A stretch of 64,000 bases of DNA. Origin: the human T2T-CHM13v2.0 reference genome, Homo sapiens. The position numbers and the translations under genes were made by a program. Positions 19,711-37,737 of the stretch are shown here, piece after piece. Below the pieces are notes generated by a model, which searched no databases, was not told the origin of the DNA, and saw nothing but the letters and a program-made list of their open reading frames with translations. The DNA lies in assembly GCF_009914755.1 (NCBI RefSeq), contig NC_060946.1; one strand, given 5' to 3'. Every line of letters starts with the position of its first letter. Position 1 is the first letter of the stretch.

Positions 19711-20876
19711 AAAAAAGGATGTATTCCCAATTGCACTGTAGTTTTGGGTATTAAGCATAAAATTTAAACTTTATTAAACTTATTAGAAAAAGGGAATTGG
19801 AAATGTGATATAATGCAGTAATTCACAAAAAATGTGTACAGTAAATGCACTCAAGAGCAGTTTTTCTGAGGCTTGATAAACTCCTATCAGTTATGAATTA
19901 AAACTGGTAAATATCCTTCATGGAAACAGATCCATAAAGTCTGGCATTGTCTTTTTCTACTAGAGAGAAACCTACAAGTTATTACATAATCGCATAGTGT
20001 CTAGGATCAAATCAACTAATACATGGCCAAATCAAAAGAAAATGAAGTAATCTTTGGGTTAACCTTTTAGAGGATAGCTTTTAATAATGTAATATTACAC
20101 TAAAAATACACGTCTTATGTAAGAGTTTTAGATACTCTTCCTTAGCATTCCTTATCACAAATATGTCCTCTGTTAGTGCTAATCCATAACTATCTCAGTT
20201 CCTTATTTTCATGTCAATAATCTCCAAGTGTTATTCTTTTTTTTTTTTTTTCTTGAGACAGAGTCTGGCTCTGTCTCCCAGGCTGGAGTGCAGTGGTATG
20301 ATCTCGGCTCACTACAGGCTCCGCCTCTGGGTTCACGCCATTCTCCTGCCTCAGCCTCCAGAGTAGGTGGGACTATAGGCGCCCGCCACCATGCCCGGCT
20401 AATTTTTTGTATTTTTAGTAGAGATGGGGTTTCACCATGTTGGGCAGGATGGTCTCGATCTCCTGACCACGTGATCCACCCACCTCAGCCTCCCAAAATG
20501 CTGGAATTACAGGCGTGACCCACCGGCTCGGCCTCCAAGTGTTATTCTTAATCAAAAAAAGAAAAAGTTTATCTGACTATATTTGACCCTGATTATTTAT
20601 GTAGCTTCAGAAAGAGGAGTTAAACAAATAGGTGAAGTCTTCCCTCCACCAGGTTCTAAAATGTAAGATTCATGGCCTTCTGAAAACACTCCCTTACCAA
20701 TGTGAGGCTGGAACCATAGAACAGGTGGAGGACTTAGTAGGTATTGGCTCAACATTTAAAGTACAATCTTGTTCCTTAATAGGTGTTTTCATACCTTATA
20801 AACACATGTATGGCCTTGGATGTCCAATTAAATCCCAGGAAAAAAGGACAGATTCTTGATGAAACTATGCAAATAA

Positions 20877-21204
20877 TGAGACAGCAAGTAAAAACGTCTC
20901 CCCGGCAGAACCTCCGACCGGCTTGCACACTGGCAGGAGTGCACACTGAGGTGGAGCCTCTGGAAGTTTGCAGCGGGGAGGAGCCTGGCCTCTTCTGTTC
21001 CAGGGCGGAGGCTGGGATTCAATCTATGAGGCAGGAAGCTGGGTAGCAGGACTCACTTTACTGACAGTCTCTGTTTCCCCTTTTTTCCCATTCGCCAATA
21101 AATTCCATTTTTCTCACCCTTCAAAGCGTCTGTGAGCCTAATATTTCATGGCTGTGTGACAAGAATACAGCTTTTAGCTGAACTAAGGAGAAAGTCCTAC
21201 AATA
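20877..21204 (+). mobile_element. ERV1 solo LTR, MER61-like
   Basis: TGAGACAG start; GC-rich core ...GCAGCGGGGAGGAGCCTGGCC; AATAAA; ends AAAGTCCTACAATA; 4-bp ATAA on both sides. Confidence 0.75.
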
Positions 21205-21631
21205 ATAATATGTTGTCCTACAAGCATGCAGAGTAAGTACAAATATATTGTTCTGAATTCTCAGAGAAAAATATAAATTAGACAGTGTTTGAATGATGTA
21301 TTTCACTTACAAGGTGTTGTATATAAAATTGAGGATCAGAGATAGAAAAAGAAACTGTGTAATTAATACTCCTTCTACTGGATGTTGAGTCAGTTTTTTG
21401 CTTTGATAAAATTATCTACCAATGAGGCAAAAAGATATATCCTTAAAACAATGAGATTTAAAAGTAAGTTGTTATGCTCAGTACTTTATAGGAGAACATT
21501 CAAGTAAGTGTCAGAGGAAAACAAAAACCACCTAGAGATGCAACTAAATGGCTATTTAATTGATATAGTAAACAATAATATAAAAATGGAGAAGAATAAA
21601 ATTCTGCATTAGGTTCAATACTATCTCATAA

Positions 21632-21869
<238 letters not shown>

Positions 21870-22509
21870 TAGATGAGACTACAGGCATGCACCACGATGC
21901 CCAGCTAGTTTTTGTATTTTTAGTAGAGATGGGGTTTCACCATGTTGGCCATGATGGTCTCCATCTCTTGACCTGATCTGCCCATCTCAGCCTCCCAAAG
22001 TGCTGGGATTAGAGGCGTGAGCCAACGCACCCCACCACCATTCATCTTAATATGTAAGATTATGTAAAATGAACTGAGAAAGCTGAGCCCTTTAGAATTG
22101 TCCTCATGGAACTCAAGCAGATGTGTGGAACTAATGAAGAAATATGGGGCACACCAAAGAAGTCCAATTTATTTTAGCCTCACTCATTTTATAAGGCAAA
22201 AATTGTCACAGTTTTTCTAGAGGTCACCTAGGAAATCTAAAAAATACTTATTTTTCGCTAAAAATCAGAAAACATTTACTTTTTGGAATTTAAGATATAA
22301 TTTCAGATGGGCAAAAATTAAGTGTTATCAGAGGAGATTTGGTCACTGTGATAAAGACAGGAATACAGGTGCAGAGAAGAAAATGGTGGCAATAATCCCA
22401 ATAACAATACAATATTCTAAAATAAGCATAGGAAAACATATCATAATTGTTAGAAAATGTATCCCTTCCATAATTATGCTGTATAAATTTTTTTCTTATT
22501 TTTCTTTCT

Positions 22510-27515
<5,006 letters not shown>

Positions 27516-28249
27516 CATGACCCGGGATCCAGGAGTTGGGCCCTGGGGCTGGGCATTGTGTAGCCTCCGGGATGGTGCTGAGCATCCATTCCCACTCTCC
27601 TGCAGCTGGAGACCCATCCCTTGACTTGCGCCCCCTGGAGGCAAGAACATGGTCACCCACTTTAATCACATGGTCCCTATCACATAACCAGAGGGCGCTG
27701 TGGGTTTTAACTCTTCAAGCTTGATGTGTAAAGAATTCGACATAGATATGATATAGTGACTAGAAGTCTTTTATTTATTTATTTTGAGAGAGAGAGTCTC
27801 TGTTGCCCAGGCTTGGAGTGCAGCAGCACAAACAAACAATAACCAAAATCCAGAAGACTGAAAAAGTCAAATGCTGTCAAGGATGTGGAGCAACAGGACC
27901 TTTCATTCCTTGTTTGTGGCACAATCAGTTTACTGTACCCAGGAACTCCCGGGTCCAAGTGATCCTCCCACAACCAATCTCCCAAGTAGCTGGGGCCACA
28001 GGCATGCACCACCATGCCTGGCTGACTGGTTTTATTTTTATAGAGATGAAGTTTCCCTGTGTTGTCTAAGCTGGTCTCAAACTCCTGGGATCAAATGATC
28101 GTCCTATCATCTCGGTCTCCCAAAGTGCTGTAAGTACAGGCATGAGGTCCTGCACCCAGCCTGGAAGTCTTTATAGATAAGTTCAATTTAACTGTTTCTC
28201 CATCTGCTCTACTCAGCCAAGTTTACCTCTCAGTCCAAGGGAGAGAACT

Positions 28250-30020
28250 GCAGCTCAGCCCCATCCAGGATGGCTGCAGATTACCCAGCGCCACCGCCAT
28301 ACTCCAGATGCTGGTCAACGAGGAAGGGATCCTGAGGCCTGGCAGCTGGCGCTCTCAGCAATCTTGAAGCCCTCTAAATGGGACCCGCCATCCGTGCCTG
28401 TCAGAACTGTAGCCACTACCTGCACTTGGCACACAGGCAAATATGGCCAAGCAACCCCAAACTCCCCTCTTCCCCTCTGGGCCCAGGCAGCGCTGAACCT
28501 GCCACTCAGCCCCATACTGGCGACTGCACAGTCCCCAGAGTCTGCAAACCAGCGCTCAGGGCGCGAGCCAAGGAAGAGCAGGGCCTAGAGTGGGAGGGCG
28601 TGTGCCACACGGCGACCCTCAGGCCGTCGGGCCCAGCCCTGCAGCCTCTACTGTGGGCTCAGCTGCAGCTGGCATTTGAAGGTGGCAGCAGCGGTGGCAA
28701 CCCCAGAACCTGTCCATGCCACCAGCAGGCGAACCCCAGGGTCGGACACCGCCACTGCGCCTAAGTCAGGCAGTGGGACCTCAGTTGCAGGAGGGTGGGA
28801 ACCTGCTGCAAAGCCTCATGGCCACAGCTCTACAGGGCCCAGTGGTGGCGAACCTGCACTGCCAGCGCGAGCCGAGGAAGAGCAGAGCCCTGGGTGGAAG
28901 GGCGATGTACTCGGCGATGCTCAGTGGTCTGGGCCCAGCCCTGTAGCCTCTACCATGGGCTCAGCTGCAGCTGCCACCTGAACATGGCACGTGGCAGCAG
29001 AGGCTGCAACCCCGACCCTGCCAGCGCCACCAGCAGCGTGGATACTTGGGCCAGAAGCCTCCAGGGCGCCTAAGTCAGGGGTTGGGTCCTGGCTGCAGGA
29101 GGGCGGGAACCGATGCTCAGCGCCACCCCAGAGGCTGCACGATGCCCGGCTCCAGGGCCCAGCTCCTGGATCTCAGGTTGAAGAGGGGCCAGGGGCGGCT
29201 CTGCCAAGCAGGCCATGTGGCAGGGAGTCCCCCACCTTCCGCTCCAGGGAGCCTCGCCAGCCCGACAGCGCCTCAGTGGCAGGTGCCACCTGCACGCGGT
29301 GCTGGGCGAAGCGCAGTCAGGGCCGTTTCCCGCCTCGCATGTCTCCCCGGTCTGCTGAGTTGCGCATGCGCTGTTTCCTAATGGTTCTGCTCAGCTGCCT
29401 AATGGTTTTGCACAGCCCTTTTCTCCCAGGTGAGGCTGGAGTGTCCAAAAGCTTGGCCCGACTGAGATTTCTACTGGTGTCAGGGCGGGTGCGGGGACTG
29501 AAGAAGGGCAAGGGCGAGCGGCGGGGACTGGGAAAGGGCGAGCAGCGGGAGGTGCGGGCGCTCTCTAGCAGGTGGCTGCAGCCATGGAGAGGCTCTCTGC
29601 CGCCGCTGTCAAGGGCCAGACGGGCCTGGAGTGCCCGAGCCCCTTCAGTCAGCTGGTCTACACCAATAATGACTCTTAAGTGATTCACCATGGGGATCTC
29701 AGGAAGATCCACAAAGCTGCCTCCCGGGGCCAAGCCTGGAAGCTGGAGAGGATGATGAAGAAAACGACAATGGACCCGAACATAAGAGATGCGAAGAAGA
29801 GGTACCAGACAGTGCCTGAGCCGGGGCTGCAGGAGGAGGAGGCGGCTGTGGGAGGATCGCCCATTCAGAGTGGGGGCTGGGGGTCCTGGGGACGAGGGGA
29901 GCAGGTGGAGGAGTGGCGGGCAGTGGGGCGGCCGTCCTGAGCCCCGAGGTCTTGACCTTCTTCCCGGGCAGGCCCCCCAGGCCTTGGATGGGGGCGCCCT
30001 GCAGGGCGGAGGGCCCAGGC
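28250..30020. promoter_or_regulatory. GC/CpG-rich promoter region around exon 1, with NRF1-type and GC-box motifs
   Basis: Sharp rise in GC and CpG over AT-rich flanks; TGCGCATGCGC at 29361-29371; GGGCGG at ~29482; contains a degenerate ~300-bp tandem repeat. Confidence 0.8.
29584..29801 (+). pseudogene. ANKRD30B-like coding exon 1 with premature stop
   Basis: gccATGG Kozak context at 29584; in-frame TAA at 29677-29679 (codon 32); donor AG|gtacca at 29802. Confidence 0.92.
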
Positions 30021-30693
30021 CACCTTAAAATCAACCCCAAACTTTAGTTAGCTGCTTTCTCCTTCACTCCCACTTCCTCTCACAGAGCACTGTGTAGAGT
30101 ATTTTAAAGTGATTTAACTTACAAATTTAAGTACATACAGGGTTTTACTTTTAATGTACAGGTTTTAAAAGATAATGTTAGATACATTATGAAATGGTGC
30201 GTAATGAAATAATTCCCATAATATATTAACTTCTTGGCTAAAAATTTTTTGGATAAAGTCCAGTATCCATTTCAATATCAATGAATGCCTACGTAAATAT
30301 GTTCTTTGCTGAGGGACCTTAGAAGGTAACTTTGAGGTGGGAAGATGGTTTATGTTTTCGAATTTAAGAAGACTCATTTTTCTCAAGATGCAAGCTCTTC
30401 ATCAGTTTTACATAAACCAAACAAAGTTATCAACATTTTAACATTTTTAAAATTACACACGCTGTCTTTTACTATTGTGATGACATTTAAAAAATTTTGT
30501 AACGGAGTAGAAAAGTCTTGCCCTTCTAGATTTCAAAATGTGCTATTAATTTGCACAAAATGGGCCACGGCCAGGCGCGGTGGATCATGCCTCTAATCCG
30601 AGCACTTTGGGAGGCCGAGGTGGGTGGATCACGAGGTCAGGAGATGGAGACCATCCTGGCTAACACAGGCTCTACTAAAAATACAAAAAATTA

Positions 30694-30921
<228 letters not shown>

Positions 30922-33449
30922 TCATGCCTGTAGTCCCAGCATTTCGGGCGGCCAAAGCGGGTGGATCACCTGAGGTCAGGAGTTCAAGACTAGCCTGGCC
31001 AATATGGTGAAACCCCGACTCTACAAAAATACAAAAATTAGCCAGGCACAATGTCGGGAGCCTGTAATCCCATCTACTCAGGAGACTGAGGAGGGAGAAT
31101 CCCTTGAAACTGGGAGGTGGAGGTTGCAGTGAGCTGAGATTCCATCACTGCACTCCAGCCTGGGCGACAGAGTGAGACTCTGTCTCAAAAATAAATAAAT
31201 AAATCACAAATTATTTGATAACAGCTGAAAAGACAGGTAAATGAATACAACAGAATAGAAAATCCAGAAACACCCAAATATCTAAGAATTTAGAACTTTA
31301 TACTAGTAGGGAAAGAATTAGTTTCATAAGCGAAATGCCTACTTTTTGGAGAAAACTAGATTTTTATACCACAAGGTAAATTTCTGACGGAATACAGATT
31401 AAATTTTTTTAATATACAAAATGATAAAAGCACCAGAAGAAAATATAAATGCCGATTTACACAGGTACATTTTTATGTTGACAACACCTTTCTAAGAAGC
31501 TCAGAAGCAAGCAATCTGAAGGACAATTAAGCAAAACAAAATTAAATTAACCTGTAATGAGAAAAAATAAAAGGCAGCATACTTGTAAAATGTTTACTGC
31601 ACATGTATGTGCGTGTGTATATATATATTAGATTTAAAAATCGTCATTTTATAGATAATTCACTTAAATCAACAAAAAACCCTCTAATTTAAAATTGAGC
31701 AATTTAAATTAGAGATCTAAATTGCAGATCTAAAAATAGTACTTCGCTTCTAATTTAAAATTGGGAAAGTATTTTCTTAAGATCTGTAAGTGACCTATGC
31801 ACATAGAAAACAATATTTAGCTTTCCTGGTTAGAGAAGGTATTTAAGTTAAAAGAGGAATCAAATACTGTTTTCTATCTACAAAATTTGTGAGGAAAAAG
31901 AGCAGTGATATTTATAATGCTATTTAAAGTTTAAGTTGCAGATAACTTTTCAAGTAGACAATTTGGTGGTAAGTACCATATTATTAAGAAGAATCCACAT
32001 AATGGCTTTTATAAATACACTTCAGTGAATTTACAGCATGGGATAATATGTGACCACTGAAGGTAGAAATATGTAGAGAAGTAGGTGACATTTGAAAATA
32101 TATTTTGGTGTATCAAGTGAGGGTAAAGTTCAGTTTGATTATACATACACACAGACTACAGTCTTGTGTTATCTGAAATTGTGTATGAAATACGATAAAA
32201 TTTGTTATTTGAGGGCATTGGTTTTAATATAAAATGTTTTTCCTTTTTATTATCTTTGATTTCCACATTGAGCATGTACAATGCTATTAGAAAAAGTTTA
32301 TTATTAAAGAAATAATTTTTAAGAAGAGCAAGAATATAATTTTGCAGCAGTAAAAATTATTTCTCACCTTCCATATTTTAATTATTATTTTTTGTGGATT
32401 AGTATATTCTGTGAACTTTTAGCATCTTCAAAAGACAATCTTTTTACCTGTGCTTGTTGATTTACATATACATCTTATTAGGCATATATTTTTATTATAT
32501 ATAGATTCATTACATATATGTCAATAATTATAGATTAGTGTACTTTTATTATTAAGAAAACAAAATAGAAAATATAAGTGTTTTATAGCAGTTTTTTTAA
32601 GGTATTGAACTTCTCAACTGTATTTATCCTTTTAATCAGTTTATCACATGTAAGCTGAATGCCTATTATGTATAAGATACATTAACTCTCAAGATCCTTT
32701 CATCCTTAAAAATTTTACATTTACCTGCTCAGCCTTAGCAAAGTGAGAGATTTAAAGTTGGAGTACTGGGACTGAATCTCAATTGAAGCTTTTCCTCTCT
32801 TCTTTAAAACAAAAACACTTCTGAAGTGAGAAACTAGTAAAAGATAACTACCAACCACGATTTCAGAATTTTATAACAGCTTTAAATAGTAATATTAATC
32901 ATTGGAAATACCTAATTTACATGCAGTCTATAAATTTAAATATGAATTTACATACATTCTGTAAATCTAAATATGGAATAAAATGAGCCATACCTACTTG
33001 AATCCCAAGTTTTCTTTGGCTTGAAGTTTTAAAAATATTGAAGAAGTACTTTGTTTTAACAGTTTGTTTTTATTTCAACTCCCCTTTTGTGTAGCACTCT
33101 TAAAAGCTAAAATTTCTTTAAGTGTTAATCCTATGACTAGGACTGCCATCATCCTGTTTTATATACTGCATTCCACTTCATGGAAGGCATCATGAATTGT
33201 GTGATGCCTCCTTATTTATGTACCAATAAAAGATTCTTTAAATTTCTGCAAAATGTACTTGTAATAAATAATGACTTATAAGTGGCATTTCAATGTCAGA
33301 GATGTTAAAATATGAGAAATAGAGTATCTTAGAATTATTAAAATACAGTTTTATCTCTAACCTTTAAAACATATCACAACGTAGGCATAACTGTACCATT
33401 TTACTTAAAATGTTTTCTTTGTTAAGTAGTAGAAATAATTACAATATCT

Positions 33450-33680
33450 AACAATTACTGAGCTGTTACATGTGCTAGGAATTCTTTGAAATACATTGCA
33501 CAGATTCTCATGAGGCATCACAGTGATGTCCTGTGAGATAACTGCTGTATTCATCTTCACTTTATTGATGAGAAAATTGAGGCACAGAAAGGTTAAGTGA
33601 TAGCTAGAAGGTGAAAGACTTTAAAGTAATATTCAAGCTCAAGTTGAACTGAATCCAAAGGCCAAGCTCTTTCTATTCAA
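33450..33680 (-). mobile_element. MIR SINE (other MIR fragments at ~900-1030 and ~10700-10850)
   Basis: Core GATGAGAAAATTGAGGCACAGAAAGGTTAAGTGA. Confidence 0.7.
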
Positions 33681-33871
33681 ATAGGCCACTCTTTCATTAA
33701 TGTAGTGAGTAAGAAGAGTGAATGAATGTTGTTCTTTCTTCAGGAGAATATTAAATATTTGTTTTGAAGGCAGAGAAAGAGAATGGTATTTAATGTTGAC
33801 AATTACATAAATCATTATATGCTTTGAGACAGTGGACTAAACTTTCCTAAAAAGTCCTCTCACTCTCGTAG

Positions 33872-33986
33872 GACTGCACTACACTGGGCCTGTGCCAATG
33901 GCCATGCAGAAGTAGTAACACTTCTGGTAGATAGAAAGTGCCAGCTTGACGTCCTTGATGGTGAAAACGGGACACCTCTGATGAAG
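33872..33986 (+). pseudogene. ANKRD30B-like exon 2 (115 nt, ankyrin repeat), donor lost
   Basis: Acceptor ctctcgtag|G; encodes (R)TALHWACANGHAEVVTLLVDRKCQLDVLDGENGTPLMK; followed by gaaaat rather than gt. Confidence 0.92.
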
Positions 33987-34148
33987 GAAAATGGTAGCCA
34001 GTTCTTTCAGCAGGAGATGGATTTGGTTTAAATACATAGAATAAAAATGAATGTATCTCATTGAAATATAACTAGTTTGTGAAACCTGTGGAATATTTAT
34101 TTATATTTCCTATAATTTATAATTTACTTCTTGCTTTAATACTGACAG

Positions 34149-34322
34149 GCTGTGCAATGCCAGAGGGAAGTTTGTGCAAATATTCTCATAGATTCTGGTG
34201 CTGATCCAAATATTGTAGATGTGTATGTCAACACAGCTGTCCATTATGCTGTTTATGGTGAGAATTTGTCAGTGGTGGCAAAATTGCTGTCCTGTGGTGC
34301 AGACATCAAAGTGAAGAACAAG
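34149..34322 (+). pseudogene. ANKRD30B-like exon 3 (174 nt, ankyrin repeats)
   Basis: ctgacag|GCT...AAG|gtagaa; encodes AVQCQREVCANILIDSGADPNIVDVYVNTAVHYAVYGENLSVVAKLLSCGADIKVKNK. Confidence 0.93.
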
Positions 34323-35357
34323 GTAGAAGTTAACCAATGTTATTTTCAAAATATTTGAAATTCATTTGTTTTAACATTAACATATGTAAATTGTTTTATA
34401 TTTGGAAGCTCAAACATTCCTATTTTTCTATGAAAATAGTTTGACAAAACTTAATTGTCTAGGATTTTGCTTTAAATATTATTATTTTTACAAGAACTAT
34501 TAGTATGGCTTTTCTGTGCATTATGATAAATATTTGAGTTTGTTAAAGGTAAAATTTTTCAAATATTCTTTCCCACCTGTTTTTTTTTTCTTTCCTGTTA
34601 GCATAAAACTACAGGAAAGTAAAATTTGCCTGCATAAATTGAGTCAACATGTAAAATTTAGGAGACATGCAGAAATCTGGATTTCCTCTTAAAAGATTGA
34701 ATCTGGTGTCTCTTGAGCCTGTATGACTGTTTGGTATGCTATGAAGACATTCTAACTTTACATAAAGCATATGTTTCCAGTTTGCTACTGTGTCCACCTA
34801 GTTACATCACTTATTCAACTTACCTCTTTTGCCTCTGTAAATATTTCAGTTATCAATTCCTCTCTCATAGTATATTTTGGTAAAGATTTCAAGTTATTGA
34901 AGACAGTTTACAGGTGTTTATAATATATAGTTTATATTTTACATTAATTCATTAGTAATGGGGTTGTCTTCTAGAATTTAGAATATTTTTTAAATGATGA
35001 TTTTTCTTCATATAAACCATAAATAATCATTTTCTATTAGAAGGCCTTTAAGCTTTTTTAGATTAATCATGTTTATATTTGAATAGGTTATGCAAATTGC
35101 AGAAAATATTATATCTTTCTCCACAGAATTGTCCCTTAAAATTCAAGCGATTTAGTGGCTTCTATTTTGCTAATCCATATACATGAGTTAGAACTTTCAT
35201 TAATAAGCCATTTTATTCATACTTCTGATATTTTCCCAAAAAATAGTATCAATTACAATAGAAACCGGAATAAAAATGGATTATTGCATTTTAAGAAGTG
35301 GATATGCATTAGGATCCTAGGAGTATCATTATAATTGAGAATAAACTTTTATACTGA

Positions 35358-35495
<138 letters not shown>

Positions 35496-36519
35496 TGAGT
35501 AGCTGGGACGCAGGCATGTGCCACCATGCTCGGCTAAATTTTTTGTATTTTTAGCAGAGATGGGGTTTCACCATGTTGACCAGGATGGTCTCGATCTCCT
35601 GACCTTGTGATCTGCCCACCTTGGCCTCGCAAAGTGCTGGGATTAAAGGCATGAACCACCTCACCTGGTCTTTTATACTGAATTTCTAATAGCTTAGATA
35701 AAATCCTATTTTCTGGTAATAGGATAAACCCCATGGACCATTTAATAATAAGCAATCAAAGTTTATTTGAAGCCAATCTCTTTTAATTTAGAGCCACTTC
35801 CTTAGTGACCCATTTAGAGCAGGAGTGCCTGACATTGTCATCTGGAATCTTGGGATCATTGAGAGAAGAGAATCAAGTAAGTTTGTATCACCCAGAGGAA
35901 ACCTCCATTTTTGGGGGGAAGCTTTCAAAACTGCATCCCTGAAATTCTAATTTGTCAAATGTTAATGTTTGCCACAAAAATATACTGTCAAATAAGGATT
36001 AGGTAAAGTTCAATTCATTTCTTGAATAATGAACATTTAATTCACAGTTTTATAACATTTCTTGAAAATAGATAATGGTGGAATCTGTTGGGGTACAATG
36101 ATTCTGGTAAGGTAATTATTCTTTGGAATATAGTTGAAGAAACACTGTTCTAGAGGTAATAATTTAGATTACTAATTTAGTAAAAAACAAAGTATTTACT
36201 ACTATGTCTTAGGGTTTAAGGATATAAAGGTAAAAGATATAGCCCCTGCCCTCAAGAAGCTCCTGGTTTAAATGGGAAACAATAAAATCATTACAATATA
36301 ATGATTTTTGGAGATAACCGGAGTTAATGTGGTGATGCAGAGGCTGAATGTTTACAAGAGAAGGTGCAGTGCATGGGAAAGCACAGAAAAGTGAGAAAGA
36401 AGGGATTGCTATTGATTTACTTTCCATTGTTTAAGTTCATAGGATATTATATAAGGTATTCAGTTCAGCTGAGAAATATGTAATTTCATGAATTATAAAT
36501 GGTTTTTGCTGTTTTACAG

Positions 36520-36632
36520 GCTGGCCACACACCACTTTTACTGGCCATAAGGAAAAGAAGTGAGCAAATTGTGGAATTTTTACTGACAAAAAATGCAAAT
36601 GCAAATGCAAATTCAGTTGATAAGTTTAAATG
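36520..36632 (+). pseudogene. ANKRD30B-like exon 4 (113 nt)
   Basis: ttttacag|GCT...TG|gtatag; encodes AGHTPLLLAIRKRSEQIVEFLLTKNANANANSVDKFK. Confidence 0.92.
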
Positions 36633-37599
36633 GTATAGTAGTTTTTTTTATTAAAAAACACTTGAGTAGTGTGCTAGAGTAATAACACTCGTCAGAAATA
36701 TTAAATTAATAACATTTACTTAAAATTATTAGATTATACAGAAAAATACCAACACAAATTATCAGTTAGGAAGAAAAGCAATTATTTGGACTGGTCAACA
36801 TAAAGAACAGTATATAGTAGGATTTTCTTCTTTTGTTATATTGACTGATTCTTATTTGTAATCTGATGTTTTTGGTTGCATTATCTTCTATTAGCTAAAG
36901 TGGTTCTGTATTAGTTTTAAGAAGTATGAATTTTTAGTTTACTTTATAATTCAATATTGAATGATTAACACCTTTATAGTATTTTTCTAACTTCTGTTTT
37001 TCATACACTTTTTAAAAATGCAATATTTGCTGGGCATGGTAGCTGTCATCTGTTATCCCAGCACTTTGGGAGGCCAAGTGGGTAGATCACCTGAGGCCAG
37101 GAATTTGAGACCAGCCTAGCCAACACGGTAAAACCCCATCTCTATGAAAAATATAAAAATTAGCCAAGCATGGTGGCACATGCCTATAGTCCCAGCTACT
37201 CAGGACAAATATTATTCCTAATATTGTTTTAAGTCTTCAGATTGCTCTCACTTGTCTGACTTCTAGCTAATTTTGAAGTACAAAATATTATATCAAACTA
37301 AGGAGGAAATAGATAATTCTCCACTTAAAACTTTGCCTCTTTTAGATTAGTGAACAGAACATATTTTCTTGCCCCTCAGTGGACTTTATGTTAGCCAATT
37401 CTACTATGGCATATCCCAGTGAGACATGAGTATTTTCACCCCTTCCTTTTAGCCTTGGTCGTGATTTACAAGGATAAACACTTGAGCACTCAAGACACTT
37501 AACATTTGTTAATACATGTAAATGGTTAATTCTACACTGACAGGCACATATTAAATTGGTTCTGTTCCTAATAATGAAGTTATCTCTTTGTTATTTTAG

Positions 37600-37737
37600 C
37601 ACAGCCCTCATGCTTGCCATATGTCATGGATCATCAGAGATAGTTGGCATGGTTCTTCAGCAAAAAGTTGACATCTGTGCTGTAGATACGTGTGGAATGA
37701 TTGCAGAACGTTATGCTGTTGCTTGTGGATTTAATCT
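37600..37737 (+). pseudogene. ANKRD30B-like exon 5 (138 nt)
   Basis: ttattttag|C...CT|gtaagt; encodes TALMLAICHGSSEIVGMVLQQKVDICAVDTCGMIAERYAVACGFN. Confidence 0.92.

Noticed and set aside
20877-21204. p53 response element in the MER61-like (or LTR10-like) LTRs, families known to carry p53 sites
   Set aside because: I could not see a paired RRRCWWGYYY motif in these copies.
28315-30040. Long ORFs on both strands (up to 230 aa at 28991-29683)
   Set aside because: Expected from stop-poor GC-rich tandem-repeat DNA; no recognisable domain. Only the 29584 frame matches a known protein family.
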